Assembly (NCBI GenBank): GCA_049967475.1
Contig: JBMFSQ010000002.1
Coordinates: 128,001 to 192,000 of the forward strand
Source: Chthonomonadales bacterium
Lineage (GTDB): Bacteria; Armatimonadota; Chthonomonadetes; Chthonomonadales; CAJBBX01
Length of the DNA stretch: 64,000 bases
Direction: 5' to 3'
The position numbers and the translations under genes are program-made. The notes under the pieces are model-generated. The model did not search any database. It was not told the origin of the DNA and saw nothing but the letters and a program-made list of their open reading frames with translations. Below, in pieces: positions 50,082 to 61,245 of this stretch (position 1 is its first letter; the number at the start of each line of letters is the position of its first letter).

Positions 50082-51832
50082 GTAATTTCGTCAGGCTTCT
50101 GGGGTACCTCAAGCCCTACCGCTTCCGGGTGGCGGGAGCTGTGATCCTGATGATCTTGGTCACACTCTCAACGCTGCCCATGCCGCGCATCACGCAGTTC
50201 CTCATAGACAGCGTATTACCCCACAAACGCTGGCATATGCTCAATCTCATCTTCTGGATGGTGATCGGCCTCTATGCCGTGCGCGGCTTGATTTCCTTCA
50301 GCCTCAACGCAGTCATTAGCTGGCTGGGACAGCGCATCGTCTTTGACCTGCGCTACCAGTCCTACAAGCATCTCAACCGCCTCTCCCTCAGTTATTACGA
50401 CAAGCGGCAGACCGGCAAGATCATGGCGCGGGTTGTGGATGACATCAACGTCATCCAGTACATGATCACCGGCGGCTTCGTGCAGCTCATCACGGATATT
50501 CTGACCCTCCTCGTTGTGATCCCTGTGATTTACTCCATGGAATGGCGCCTCGCCACCATTGCCGTGGCGGTGGTTCCCTTCTACGTGGCTGGGTACAAGC
50601 TCCTTTTGGGCAAGATCCGCGCACTGAGCGTGCAGCTTCGGGAAAAGTGGGATGCAATGCTGGGCGCCCTGCAGGAAAAGATTGCCGGCATTACCGTTGT
50701 CAAAGCCTTCGTGCGCGAAGACTACGAAACGGAGCATTTCATGCAGACGGTAGCCGACAATTTCAAGCTCGGGATGCAGCAGGCCAAGCTCAATCGAACT
50801 TTGGGGCTCGTGGCGACCGTTATCCGCGCTGCCGGCACCGGCCTCATCTATTGGGTAGGCGCCCGCCTGGTGTTTCAATACGACATCAAGCCCGGTGAAT
50901 TAGTGGCCTTTACCGCATACATCGGCTACCTTTACGACCCTGCGGTGCGCCTGGTGGATTTTAACGTGCAGGCTCAATGGGCCGGCGCGGCCATAGACCG
51001 CGTGTTCGAAACGCTGGACACCCGCCCCGAAATCGTGGATGCTCCCGACGCCGTTGTCCTGAAGGAGATCCGCGGTGCTGTGGAATTCCGCAACGTGAGC
51101 TTCGGCTACGAGCCCGGCCAGCCGGTGCTCCATGGCATCAACCTGAAAGTGGAACCAGGCGAAGTCATCGCCATTGTGGGCCCTTCGGGTGCGGGCAAAA
51201 CCACCCTCGTGAACCTTATTGCCCGCTTCTACGACGTTACCGAGGGAGCCGTGCTCATTGATGGTCATGACATCCGCAAGATCCGCCTGGAGACTGTGCG
51301 CCGCCAAATCGGATACGTAAGCCAGGAGTCGCTCCTCTTCTCCGTCTCCATCCGCGAGAATATCGCCTACGGCCGCAAGGATGCCACCGAAGAACAGATC
51401 ATCCAGGCAGCACGGAATGCCGATCTGCACGACTTCATCATGTCCCTCCCCGATGGGTACGACACCAAGATCGGGGAGGACGGCATCAAACTCTCCGTGG
51501 GGCAGAAGCAGCGCTTGGCGATCGCCCGAGCTACTCTCACAGATCCCCGCATCCTCATCCTCGACGATGCCACCTCTGCCCTGGACTCGAAGACCGAAGC
51601 CAACGTGCAGGAAGCCCTGGAGAAGCTCATGAAGGGGCGCACCAACTTCGTCATCGCCCATCGCCTCTCCACCATCATGAATGCCGACCGCATCGTGGTG
51701 ATGGACCATGGCCGCATCGTGGACGTAGGCACACACGCCGAGCTCGTAGCCCGGCCCGGCGTATACAAGAACCTTTACGATGAGCAGTTCAAGAGCGCCC
51801 AGGAAGAAGCCCTCATGGCGCTGCTCGCGTAG
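50078..51832 (+). CDS. ABC exporter half-transporter (TMD+NBD), subunit 2 with degenerate motifs
   Basis: GPSGAGKT, LSVGQKQ, LILDDATS, IAHR; ATGA overlap with subunit 1. Confidence 0.93.
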   Translation: MSNFVRLLGYLKPYRFRVAGAVILMILVTLSTLPMPRITQFLIDSVLPHKRWHMLNLIFWMVIGLYAVRGLISFSLNAVISWLGQRIVFDLRYQSYKHLNRLSLSYYDKRQTGKIMARVVDDINVIQYMITGGFVQLITDILTLLVVIPVIYSMEWRLATIAVAVVPFYVAGYKLLLGKIRALSVQLREKWDAMLGALQEKIAGITVVKAFVREDYETEHFMQTVADNFKLGMQQAKLNRTLGLVATVIRAAGTGLIYWVGARLVFQYDIKPGELVAFTAYIGYLYDPAVRLVDFNVQAQWAGAAIDRVFETLDTRPEIVDAPDAVVLKEIRGAVEFRNVSFGYEPGQPVLHGINLKVEPGEVIAIVGPSGAGKTTLVNLIARFYDVTEGAVLIDGHDIRKIRLETVRRQIGYVSQESLLFSVSIRENIAYGRKDATEEQIIQAARNADLHDFIMSLPDGYDTKIGEDGIKLSVGQKQRLAIARATLTDPRILILDDATSALDSKTEANVQEALEKLMKGRTNFVIAHRLSTIMNADRIVVMDHGRIVDVGTHAELVARPGVYKNLYDEQFKSAQEEALMALLA

Positions 51833-51852
51833 CCTTGTTCAGGCAACACGCA

Positions 51853-52311
51853 TCAGTCCACGGCCGTGTGCACCGCCTTGCCGCCCATAGAGGACGACCC
51901 GTACGGCCTGTCGCGCAGATCCATCTTGGATGCCCAGTTCTCCTCCTGCTCGATCATAACCTGGGCCCAGATGCGGCGGGACAAAGGATCAGGCGGCAGA
52001 ACCACGGGATGGGGGGCGAGGTTGGCTCGGGCGATGCCGAGGGTGAACACTGCGAGATACCCAACAATCGCGAAGTTCGCGGCACGCCGCACGAAGGCAG
52101 GACGCCGCCGCCATGCCCATTCCAGGAAGGCAAGCGGCAGCAGAAGAAGCGCCAACTTCACCGCAACCAGTGTATGCAGTCCGCGCCGCAGGGCGGCCTC
52201 CATCAAGGGGTTTGCCTCCCAGGCGTTGAAGGTGTTGATGAGCCAAAGGGTAAAACACAGGTCGGCCAGTCCAATTCCGGCCAGGACCAGTGTCTGACGG
52301 TGCAGCCTCAT
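51853..52311 (-). CDS. DUF5658-like membrane protein
   Basis: DLCFT...EANPLM...VKL pattern with three hydrophobic helices; GGAGG RBS. Confidence 0.7.
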   Translation of the reverse strand: MRLHRQTLVLAGIGLADLCFTLWLINTFNAWEANPLMEAALRRGLHTLVAVKLALLLLPLAFLEWAWRRRPAFVRRAANFAIVGYLAVFTLGIARANLAPHPVVLPPDPLSRRIWAQVMIEQEENWASKMDLRDRPYGSSSMGGKAVHTAVD

Positions 52312-52438
52312 GGTCGGAACCTCCTCTGTTCCCTGGCCAGCGGCGATCCGCAAGCCTGCCGCTGTTCGAACGGCGACGGATTCCGTCGCCTCTCAAACAG
52401 ATAGACCGGGCGCTGCAGCGCGCGGTGACACCAGGAGC

Positions 52439-53467
52439 TTAGAGGAGGCTCCCCTGCTGCGGGGGTTGTGTCTGCGGGAAAGGGAGGCCAAGGTGCTGAG
52501 CCGCGGCCCGGGTAGCCTTGCGGCCGCGAGGCGTGCGGTCCAGAAAGCCCAGTTGCAACAGGTAGGGTTCATATACATCAACGATGGTATCGGTCTCTTC
52601 ACCCAACGAGGCTGCGAGTGTCTCGATGCCTGCGGGCCCGCCGCCGTACTTCTCGAGGAGCAGACCCAGGTAGCGATGATCGAATTCATCCAGACCCAGG
52701 TCGTCAATCCCCAAGAGATGCATAGCCTCGAGCACTACCTGGGCATCCACGACACCGTTGCGGCGCACCAGAGCGTAATCTCGGCATCTGCGCAGCAGGC
52801 GATTGGCGATGCGCGGGGTACCTCGAGACCGCTTGGCCAGCTCGACAGCGCCTTCCTGTGTCACGCCGACGTTGAGGATCTCTGCAGATCGCAGGATGAT
52901 GGTGCGCAGGTCATCCAGTTCATAGAGATGAAACGTATGGTGCATGCCGAAGCGGTCGCGCAGGGGAGCAGTAAGGAGGCCGGGCCGCGTGGTTGCGCCG
53001 ATGACGGTGAACCGCGGGAGTGGAAGGCGCATCGTGCGAGCGCTCGGCCCCTTGCCGATCACCAGGTCCAGCGTGAAGTCCTCCATAGCAGGATAGAGGA
53101 TCTCAGCCACTACAGGGTTCAGGCGATGGATCTCATCAATGAACAGCACGCTGCCGGCATCGAGGTTCGTAAGCACTGCCGCCAAATCTCCGGCCCGTTC
53201 CATGGCAGGCCCGGAAGTGATGCGGATAGGCGCCTCCATCTCGTTGGCGCATACCAAGCTCAATGTGGTCTTGCCCAGACCCGGCGGACCATAGAACAAA
53301 ATATGATCCAGAGGCTCTCCGCGCTTGCGCGCCGCTTCGATGGCGATGCGCAGGTTCTCCTTGAGGCGCTCTTGGCCGATGAACTCATTCAACCGCTTCG
53401 GGCGGAGCGAGAGTTCGGCTGCGTCTTCTTCCGTACGAGCAGGGCTCACCACGCGTTCTGGGATCAT
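52439..53467 (-). CDS. ruvB: Holliday junction branch migration helicase RuvB
   Basis: [55 protein letters not shown]. Confidence 0.97.
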   Translation of the reverse strand: MIPERVVSPARTEEDAAELSLRPKRLNEFIGQERLKENLRIAIEAARKRGEPLDHILFYGPPGLGKTTLSLVCANEMEAPIRITSGPAMERAGDLAAVLTNLDAGSVLFIDEIHRLNPVVAEILYPAMEDFTLDLVIGKGPSARTMRLPLPRFTVIGATTRPGLLTAPLRDRFGMHHTFHLYELDDLRTIILRSAEILNVGVTQEGAVELAKRSRGTPRIANRLLRRCRDYALVRRNGVVDAQVVLEAMHLLGIDDLGLDEFDHRYLGLLLEKYGGGPAGIETLAASLGEETDTIVDVYEPYLLQLGFLDRTPRGRKATRAAAQHLGLPFPQTQPPQQGSLL

Positions 53468-53658
53468 GGCAGGTTGGAATGGATCATTGCCGGGCGGCTC
53501 GCACCGTCCTTCTGAGCCACAGTACCAGACAGCCGTATGCCTTGTCAAGCAGGCGCCCATAGAGGTATCAAGCAATTCATGCATACAATACAACGCGTGT
53601 CTCATATCCCTCGGCAGGTAGGCGCGGAGCCCATCTCCAGCGCAGCCGTGGTACATCC

Positions 53659-55881
53659 ATGAACTCCCTTCCCACGCCAGATGCCGCCGGCAAACCTCAG
53701 GCGGAGGCGTCTCTCCCCAACGCCGCGGAATTCTGCCGCACCTGCACTCTTCTGCCCTTGGAGCGCGAGTGCCTCCACGACGTGGCTGTCGCAGTAAACG
53801 AAGGCAAATCGCTGGACGAAATCCTGCTCATTGCCCGAGACGCAGTCCTCCGCCTCAGCCATTTGGACCGCGTAGGTCTGTGGCTAGTGGACCGCGGGGC
53901 CTTGCGCGGGGCCTGGGGTACCGATGCATCCGGCAGGCTTCGCGATGAGCGCAACCACTTCTACCGTTGCGACGAAGTGTCTCCGCGGCCCGACGAACTC
54001 ATGGATGAGGCCCGCGGTTACGTTATCGGCGCCCCGGATTTTCTTCGCGGGCCAGGGCTCTTCAGCCTTCCGAACGAGCGCCCGCCGGCCCGGTGCGCCA
54101 TCCCCATGCGCGCCCGAGGGGAACTCATCGGGCTGATTTTTGGAGATAACCTCATCTCCGGTCGGCCCATTGATGAAGCAGCCATCGCAGCGTTGGTACC
54201 CTTCTGCGAACAACTCGCTCTGGCTGTGGCCAACGCGCGGCTTTTGGCCGAAAAGGAGCAGCTTGCGCGTCGCCAGCAGCGCTTCATGGAGATCGCCGCC
54301 GCCATCAACTCGAGCCCAGATTTAGACACGATCCTACGCCTCGTTCGCGACGCCGCGATTGACGTGGGAGGATTTGACCGGGCCGGCGTATGGCTGGTGG
54401 AGGGCGAGAACATCCGAGGGTCTTGGGGCACCGACGCCCATGGCCGCCCGCGTGACGAGCGCCACCTGCAAGAGAAGCTGGATCAATGGCCTCCTGCCGC
54501 TAGAACCCTTAAAAGCGGCCAGCAGCGCTTCTATATCGAACAATGGCGCACCCCCTACGACGACTTGCGGGACGAAGAGGGCTTCATCCCCCACGCGGTT
54601 GTGGCACTCGTTACCCACGGAGAAATGGTGGGCCTTCTCTCCGTGGATAATCTCATCACTGGCCGGCCCTTCAGCGAAGAGGACCTCTTGCCCTTGCTTC
54701 CCTTCGCCGACCAAGCTGCTGTGGCCATTCGCAATGCCCGGCTGATGCAGGAGGTTCGTCAGGCTCAGGAGGCCCTTCTGCGCACCGAGAAGCTTCGGGC
54801 AGTAGGCGAACTGGCCGGCGGAGTTGCCCACAATGTCAACAACGTGCTGACGGCCGTGCTTGGATATGCGGAACTCATCCAACAAGATGGAAACGCTACT
54901 CCAGAGATCCGGCAATATGCCCGGGTGATCGAGAGGGCCGCGCTGGACGGCGCCGAAATTGCCCGGCGCATGCAACAGTTTGCCCATACCGGTGCGGAGA
55001 GCCGCCATACCTCCTTCGACCTGGTAGCGGTCACAACGGAAGCCATTGCACTTACGCGACCGGCTTGGCACAATCAAGCCTCCGCTATGGGCGCGCGCAT
55101 TGACGTAGTAACCGAGATGCCGTCAAGGTTGTTCGCCCGGGGCATCGCATCCGAGATACGCGAAGTGGCGGTGAACCTGATGAAGAACGCATGCGACGCC
55201 ATGCCCGCCGGCGGCACCCTTACGGTGAAATGTTACCGGCGCAACGGAGACGCGGTCCTGGAAGTAGGCGACACGGGCATTGGAATGGATGAACAGACAC
55301 AGCAGCGCATCTTTGAGCCCTTTTTCACCACAAAGGGAGCCGGCTTAGGTACCGGTTTGGGCCTCGCCATAACCTGGGGCATCGTAGCGCACCACCAAGG
55401 ACGCATCAACGTGCGCAGCGCGCCAGGAAAGGGCACCACCTTCACGGTGCATCTGCCGCTGGCTGCCCAGCCCGAGGACACAAACCTCGACCGAGCCCAA
55501 TCTGAGGTCCTGCATGGCGTACGGGTGCTGCTGGTAGAGGACGAGGAACTCGTAGCCGGGAGCATCGCCAGGATCCTAGCCGCGCAAGGAGCGGATGTCG
55601 CCATGGCGCTCAGCGGGCAGGAGGCGTTGGAGTGGATGCAGAAGCATGGTGCCGACTGCGACATCGTGCTTACGGATCATGGCATGCCCGGCATGACGGG
55701 TTCTGAACTCCTGGCCGAGGTGCGCGACCGGTACCCTGCCGTTCGGCGGGTGCTCATCTCGGGGTGGGGGCGTCAGGTGCCTAATGGCGTGGACACCTCC
55801 GCCGCTGAAATGATCCTCGGCAAACCCGTTCGGCAGCGGGATCTTACGAAAGCAGTAGCTTCCCTCGTGCGCAGGGGTTAA
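53659..55881 (+). CDS. Cytoplasmic hybrid sensor histidine kinase (GAF-GAF-HisKA-HATPase-REC)
   Basis: Two homologous GAF repeats; [61 protein letters not shown]. Confidence 0.92.
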   Translation: MNSLPTPDAAGKPQAEASLPNAAEFCRTCTLLPLERECLHDVAVAVNEGKSLDEILLIARDAVLRLSHLDRVGLWLVDRGALRGAWGTDASGRLRDERNHFYRCDEVSPRPDELMDEARGYVIGAPDFLRGPGLFSLPNERPPARCAIPMRARGELIGLIFGDNLISGRPIDEAAIAALVPFCEQLALAVANARLLAEKEQLARRQQRFMEIAAAINSSPDLDTILRLVRDAAIDVGGFDRAGVWLVEGENIRGSWGTDAHGRPRDERHLQEKLDQWPPAARTLKSGQQRFYIEQWRTPYDDLRDEEGFIPHAVVALVTHGEMVGLLSVDNLITGRPFSEEDLLPLLPFADQAAVAIRNARLMQEVRQAQEALLRTEKLRAVGELAGGVAHNVNNVLTAVLGYAELIQQDGNATPEIRQYARVIERAALDGAEIARRMQQFAHTGAESRHTSFDLVAVTTEAIALTRPAWHNQASAMGARIDVVTEMPSRLFARGIASEIREVAVNLMKNACDAMPAGGTLTVKCYRRNGDAVLEVGDTGIGMDEQTQQRIFEPFFTTKGAGLGTGLGLAITWGIVAHHQGRINVRSAPGKGTTFTVHLPLAAQPEDTNLDRAQSEVLHGVRVLLVEDEELVAGSIARILAAQGADVAMALSGQEALEWMQKHGADCDIVLTDHGMPGMTGSELLAEVRDRYPAVRRVLISGWGRQVPNGVDTSAAEMILGKPVRQRDLTKAVASLVRRG

Positions 55882-57848
55882 CCGCCTTCTCGGGCGGCAG
55901 CGCTCTGCGGAGGGACCAGATATTCCAGGAGGGTTGCAACGCTCCATGCCTGAGCGATGCACCCGCCTGGGGCATGGGGAGCGTCCCCATCATAGAGCTC
56001 GGGCAGGTATCCGACACCATACTCCAACAGCCGCCCCAGGAGTGCATCCAACAGCGTGTCTTCCGCAGCCTTGCCCCTGAATGCTCGGCGGCGCGCCTGC
56101 AGATACGGGCCCAGGAGCCACGGCCAGACCGTGCCCTGGTGGTACGCGCTGTCCCTTTCGGCAGGAGTTCCCTGATACCTTCCCCGGTATCCGGGGTCAC
56201 GAGGAGAGAGTGTCCGTAGCCCAACCTCGGTGGCCAGCTCTTGTTCGATGGTGTGCAACATGCTCGCCCAATATCTGCGGCGAAGAACGGCAAACGGAAG
56301 GCTTGCGGCAAAGAGCTGGTTCGGACGGATAGCCGCATCCGGACCGGTATCCGTGACGACATCGAAGAGCCCGCGCCCGTCTGAACGCACAAAGGTTTCG
56401 TTAAAGCTGCGAGCTGCCGCTCGGGCGCCGCGGGCGTAATCTGCCGAGGGCTCGCCCAACACCTTCGCCATATCCTCGGCAATCCTGAGGGCGTTGTACC
56501 AAAGAGCGCAAATCTCAACAGCCTTGCCCGCCCGGGGAGTTACGGGCCGGCCGTCCACGCGCGCGTCCATCCACGTAAGTTGGGTGGAGGCATCTCCTGC
56601 CCTCAAGAGCCCGTCCGAAGCATCCACGCCGATGGACCATCGTGTGCCCTTTACGTGCCAGCGGATGATCTCCTTCACTACAGGCCACATCTCGCGCACG
56701 AAGCTTGCGGATGCGCCGGCCCTCGCTGTCTGCCAGATGGCGTTCACGTACCAGAGCGTGGCATCGGCGGTATTGTACTCGGGATCTGCCCCGCTTTCCG
56801 GGAAGCGGTTGGGGATCATTCCCTGGCTGACGTAGGCGGCGTAGGTTCGCAGGATCTCCTGGGCTTGGGACACGTCGCCCCGGGAAAGAAGCAACCCCGG
56901 CAGAGAGATCATCGTGTCCCGGCCCCAATCGGCAAACCAAGGATATCCGGCAACGATCGTGTGCGGCGCTCCCCCATTCGGCGTGATCGCAAACGCATCT
57001 GCCGCAGCGAACAACGCCCGGGTAAAAGGCCGCCCTTCACCCTGCGCGCCCCGAAACCGCGCCGACACAGCCCGGCGTGCCTCGTGGGGGTCACCGGCCT
57101 CCGTGTTGAGCCCCGCCGACAGAATGACCGGTTCTCCTTCCCGAAGGAGCACTCGGAAGCGGCCAGGCGCGTAGAGATCCTCGTGCCAATCGAAGCCCCG
57201 TTCCAGCTCTCGAAGGTGCTCGAAATGATAGTACCATGTACCCATCGGCTGCCATTGGGCGCCGGGAAGAACGAGATCGAGCCAAACTTCTTCCGCAAGC
57301 TCTATTGATGCGCGCCCCGGCACGGCCCGCACATCCAGAGGAAAACCCGCACGCGCCTGCATCTCCGTGTGGTAATCCTTCCAGCACACCAGAGGCGTGA
57401 TCTCCAGGAGCGCCTCGGCGCACCTGCCTCTCCATTCATATTGGATGTAGGTCGCATTGCGGCCCGGAGCCATCCAGACGCTTTTGACCAGCCGGCCCGA
57501 TTGGGGAAGTTCGTACTGGAACGTGGGCCATGGCCACGGCGAAAAGGACTGCAGAAACCGATAGCCCTGGGGATGCACTGCACCAGGATATTGGTTGCAC
57601 GAGATCTCTACCCGGTTGCCCGCGGCTGTAACAGCCTCTTCCAGTTTGGATAGAGCCACGCGCCTCTTCCTCGGCGGATCCATCGCTGCAACGAGAAGGC
57701 CGTGGTATCGCCGAGTGTTGGCTCCGCAGAGGGTGCCGGATGCGTACCCTCCTATATGGTTCACTGCGAGCCATTCCCGCCGCGACGCTGCTTCGAAATC
57801 CTGCAGAATGGACCCGGTAATGTTGAGGCGATCCCAAGGATCAGGCAT
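55878..57848 (-). CDS. Amylo-alpha-1,6-glucosidase (glycogen debranching enzyme, GH133-like)
   Basis: EWLAVNHIGGYASGT, TRRYHGLL, AGYPWFADWGRDTMI, TWMDA, RPNQ, YHQGTVWPWL, QAWSVA. Confidence 0.92.
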   Translation of the reverse strand: MPDPWDRLNITGSILQDFEAASRREWLAVNHIGGYASGTLCGANTRRYHGLLVAAMDPPRKRRVALSKLEEAVTAAGNRVEISCNQYPGAVHPQGYRFLQSFSPWPWPTFQYELPQSGRLVKSVWMAPGRNATYIQYEWRGRCAEALLEITPLVCWKDYHTEMQARAGFPLDVRAVPGRASIELAEEVWLDLVLPGAQWQPMGTWYYHFEHLRELERGFDWHEDLYAPGRFRVLLREGEPVILSAGLNTEAGDPHEARRAVSARFRGAQGEGRPFTRALFAAADAFAITPNGGAPHTIVAGYPWFADWGRDTMISLPGLLLSRGDVSQAQEILRTYAAYVSQGMIPNRFPESGADPEYNTADATLWYVNAIWQTARAGASASFVREMWPVVKEIIRWHVKGTRWSIGVDASDGLLRAGDASTQLTWMDARVDGRPVTPRAGKAVEICALWYNALRIAEDMAKVLGEPSADYARGARAAARSFNETFVRSDGRGLFDVVTDTGPDAAIRPNQLFAASLPFAVLRRRYWASMLHTIEQELATEVGLRTLSPRDPGYRGRYQGTPAERDSAYHQGTVWPWLLGPYLQARRRAFRGKAAEDTLLDALLGRLLEYGVGYLPELYDGDAPHAPGGCIAQAWSVATLLEYLVPPQSAAAREGG

Positions 57849-58004
57849 AGCGAACCTGCGAGCGGCCCATCGGCGTCGTGCCCGCCACGAAGCCGATGGC
57901 GCTTATGGTAGAATGATGAGAAGGGCAATCGGATATCGCAAAGGCACACCTATTATAGGCCGCGAAGCGTATCCATTTCCACAGGCTGCCCGGAGCACGA
58001 TACG

Positions 58005-59090
58005 GTGGCAATCTCTCCCAGCGCTTCGATCCAGGACACCTTGCCCGTCGTTGGGCATACAACGGCCGAATTGGAACAGCTCTGCCTGCGCCTAGGAGAA
58101 CCACTGTTCCGGGGGCGTCAAATCGCGCATTGGGTTTACTGCCGGGCGGCGCTCCAATTTGACGAGATGACCGATTTGCCGGAACACCTCCGGGAGCGCC
58201 TCGCCGGCAGATACCACATTGGCCTGCCGCATATCGTGCGGACCGTGGCTGCGGCCGACGGCACCGAGAAGTTCTTGTTGCAATTGGCCGATGCCGAACG
58301 TGTCGAAACGGTTTATCTGCCCTATGCCGACCGAGTGTCCCTGTGCATCTCCACACAGGTGGGGTGCCCGGCCGGATGCGTATTCTGCGCCACCGGCCAA
58401 ACGGGTTGGGCGCGGAATATGACCGCCGGGGAGATTGTAGGGCAGGTGTTGATGGTGCAACGCCACCGCCCCCAACGCCGCATCAGTCACGTAGTTTTGA
58501 TGGGCATGGGTGAGCCGCTCTTCAATTACGATGCCGTCGTCAAGGCCCTTCGCCTCATGATACAGGAAGTGGGTATCTCGCCCCGGCGCATCACACTCTC
58601 CACTGTGGGAGTGCCCGAAAACATTCGGAAGCTGGCCAGGGAGGGTCTTCCTATCACCCTGGCCCTCTCCCTCCATGCACCTGACGATGCATTGCGCGCC
58701 AGGATGATCCCAACAGGTCGCAAATGGAAGCTTCGCGAGATTTTGGACGCGTGCCGCGATTACGTAAGGGTTACGCACCGCGACCCTACCTTTGAATACC
58801 TCCTGCTGGCCGGCGTCAACGATCACCCGTGGCAGGCCGAGGCCCTCGCACACCTGCTGGGTGATCTCCCGGGCAACGTGAACCTGATACCCTACAACCC
58901 GGTGGCCACCCAGGAGGATTTCCGGCGCCCCTCTCCCCAGCGCATCGCCGCGTTCCGTGAGGTGTTGGAAAGGGCAGGAAGGGTGACGACGCAGAGAAAG
59001 GAACGCGGCAGCAGGATCGCCGCCGCTTGTGGCCAATTGCGCCGGGAATCCGGGAACGCAGGCGCAGTGGGCGCCACAGCCGCAGCCTAA
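58005..59090 (+). CDS. rlmN: 23S rRNA m2A2503 / tRNA radical-SAM methyltransferase
   Basis: CISTQVGCPAGCVFCATG, MGMGEP, LSLHAP, VNLIPYN, AACGQL. Confidence 0.95.
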   Translation: MAISPSASIQDTLPVVGHTTAELEQLCLRLGEPLFRGRQIAHWVYCRAALQFDEMTDLPEHLRERLAGRYHIGLPHIVRTVAAADGTEKFLLQLADAERVETVYLPYADRVSLCISTQVGCPAGCVFCATGQTGWARNMTAGEIVGQVLMVQRHRPQRRISHVVLMGMGEPLFNYDAVVKALRLMIQEVGISPRRITLSTVGVPENIRKLAREGLPITLALSLHAPDDALRARMIPTGRKWKLREILDACRDYVRVTHRDPTFEYLLLAGVNDHPWQAEALAHLLGDLPGNVNLIPYNPVATQEDFRRPSPQRIAAFREVLERAGRVTTQRKERGSRIAAACGQLRRESGNAGAVGATAAA

Positions 59091-59731
59091 TGACCGCATG
59101 CACTCCGCGAACCGGTATGTACCGGGGATTACGGGATGCCGCGGCGGGCATTAGGCGCAGGCATCCGTGGGGCCGCGTTGTGGGAGTGATGTGCGCTACG
59201 ATGTGGATTGCATCCGGCTGCGGAACCAAGACCCCGCGCAAGGCGCAGCCCAAGCGCCCGCCTCGACCGGCCACCCAGCAGGCAGACGCACTTAAGAGCG
59301 TGCAGAGCCAAGGCATCGTGATCCATTGGCAGGAAGAGGCCCCTGATGGGAAAGTGAGGCGGGTACTCGAACTCCATGCGGCCTCGGGCCAATGGAACGT
59401 GCAGACGCTCTCGGGCATCCTAAAGGCCGGCAACGGCATCCTTTACCGGGACGACATGCCGAAAGTCCGCTTCCAGGCGCCCATCGTCGAAGCCAAGCGC
59501 TCCCTGGGCATCCTCGTGGCACGGGGCGGAGTGGTGCTGCACAGCATAGACCCTGCGGGAGCCACGGTTACGGCAAACCGGGTGCGGTGGGATGCCCGCA
59601 AGAACCTCGTGGTGGCTGTGGGGAATGTCCGTCTCACGTACCGTCCGCCGGGTTCGGCCAAGCCGGTGGCCTTCGGTACCGCGCCCCAGATGACCTTCAA
59701 CACAGAACTGGACGAATACCACATCCCGTAG
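59090..59731 (+). CDS. LptC-like periplasmic protein, possible lipoprotein (start uncertain)
   Basis: Hydrophobic segment ending IASG-C; beta-jellyroll-like ARGGVVL...ANRVRWD...AVGNV; first gene of the lpt cluster. Confidence 0.6.
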   Translation: MTACTPRTGMYRGLRDAAAGIRRRHPWGRVVGVMCATMWIASGCGTKTPRKAQPKRPPRPATQQADALKSVQSQGIVIHWQEEAPDGKVRRVLELHAASGQWNVQTLSGILKAGNGILYRDDMPKVRFQAPIVEAKRSLGILVARGGVVLHSIDPAGATVTANRVRWDARKNLVVAVGNVRLTYRPPGSAKPVAFGTAPQMTFNTELDEYHIP

Positions 59732-59747
59732 GGAGAAGGGGTGGCGT

Positions 59748-60488
59748 ATGTTAAACGAAAGACGGTGGATCGTCATTGCCTTTGTCCTGCTTTGTCTGGC
59801 TTGCGCAAGCGCCCAGACACAGGCCGGCCGGGCAGCTCGGCGAGCGGGTCGTGCGGTATCCAGGCGCCAACAACAAGCGAACAAGCCCGCTTCCTTCACC
59901 TATGGTGACGTGACGCTCTCCGGCTTCGCCCGCATCACGGGGCGCCTGGGCGTAATCGCGGAAGCCGTAGGACCAGGCACCACAGTGGATCTTGTGGATC
60001 AGGCCCACAAAGCCACAGCCAGGCTTCAAGCCGAGAAGATCACCGTTTATTGGACGCAGGGCAGCACCCAGGCTCAGCGCATCGAGGCCTCTGGCTCCGT
60101 ACGCTATTCTGGAGTGCAGCCGGCGCCCGGGGGCGAACAAAAGGTGCGCGGCGAGGGTTCCCGGGCGGTGTTTGTTCGCGCCGAAAATAAGATTACGCTC
60201 TACGGCCCTGCAACCTTCTATGCCGAGCAGCCGGTACCCGACACCCACACGGTGCAGACGGTTGCGGGCACATCCAACGAGGTAATCTACGATGCCGCCA
60301 AGCAGGTTCTCACGTTCAACGGCAACGTCAATGCCACCATCACCATGCCGGACACGCTCGAAGGCCCCGCGCGCATCAGCGGTGCAGAGAGCATTGCATT
60401 GGAATTGGCCGAGCGCCCCTATACCTTCAATGTGAAGCTCGGCAGCGTCCAATTCAGTCCGAAGCAGGCTCAGCCGAAGCCTAAATAG
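59748..60488 (+). CDS. LptA/OstA-like periplasmic protein
   Basis: Signal peptide; LQAEKITVY, IEASGSVRY, ITLYG, LTFNGNV; precedes lptB. Confidence 0.65.
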   Translation: MLNERRWIVIAFVLLCLACASAQTQAGRAARRAGRAVSRRQQQANKPASFTYGDVTLSGFARITGRLGVIAEAVGPGTTVDLVDQAHKATARLQAEKITVYWTQGSTQAQRIEASGSVRYSGVQPAPGGEQKVRGEGSRAVFVRAENKITLYGPATFYAEQPVPDTHTVQTVAGTSNEVIYDAAKQVLTFNGNVNATITMPDTLEGPARISGAESIALELAERPYTFNVKLGSVQFSPKQAQPKPK

Positions 60489-60518
60489 GCGAAGCGCACG
60501 AAGCGGAGATCCCGAACG

Positions 60519-61238
60519 GTGGAGATTGCAGCCGAAGATCTGGTGAAGATATATCGCGGCCGACGCGTGGTGGACGGCGTGTCCCTCGAAATGAAGCAGG
60601 GTGAGATCGTGGGACTTCTGGGTCCCAACGGCGCCGGGAAGACCACGACGTTCTACATGATCGTCGGCCTCGTCCGGCCGCACGAGGGGCGCGTGCTCCT
60701 TGAAGGGCAGGATATCACGCGCCTGCCTATGTACCAGCGCGCCCGAGCTGGCATCGGATACCTGGCGCAGGAGCCCTCCGTCTTCCGGGAATTGACTGTT
60801 GCAGACAATATCCGTCTCGTTCTGGAATTCACTTCCATGACCAAGAAGCAGCGCGAACAGAAGATGCACTCGCTGCTGGAAGAGCTGCACATATCCCACC
60901 TAATGAACCATCGAGGAAAGACGCTCTCGGGCGGCGAACGCAGGCGCGTGGAGATCGCCCGGGCCCTTGCCACGTCTCCAGCGTTCATCCTGCTGGATGA
61001 ACCCTTTACCGGCGTGGATCCCATTGCGATCCAAGACATCGAGGAGATCATCCAGCACCTAAAAGAGCGCAACATCGGCATCCTTATTACCGACCACAAC
61101 GTGCAGGCCACGCTGCGCATCACAGAACGCGCCTACATCATCGCCGATGGCCGCATCCGCGCCGCCGGTAAGTCCGACGAGCTTCCTAACGATCCCAGCG
61201 CCCGCCGGTACTACTTCGGCGAAGGGTACGGCCAATGA
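60519..61238 (+). CDS. lptB: LPS export ABC transporter ATP-binding protein
   Basis: [62 protein letters not shown]. Confidence 0.95.
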   Translation: MEIAAEDLVKIYRGRRVVDGVSLEMKQGEIVGLLGPNGAGKTTTFYMIVGLVRPHEGRVLLEGQDITRLPMYQRARAGIGYLAQEPSVFRELTVADNIRLVLEFTSMTKKQREQKMHSLLEELHISHLMNHRGKTLSGGERRRVEIARALATSPAFILLDEPFTGVDPIAIQDIEEIIQHLKERNIGILITDHNVQATLRITERAYIIADGRIRAAGKSDELPNDPSARRYYFGEGYGQ

Positions 61239-61245
61239 GGGCGCT

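Noticed and set aside
52372..52390. Perfect palindrome GGCGACGGA-T-TCCGTCGCC after ruvB as a special element
   Set aside because: Single copy with no clear U-tract; most simply an ordinary stem-loop.
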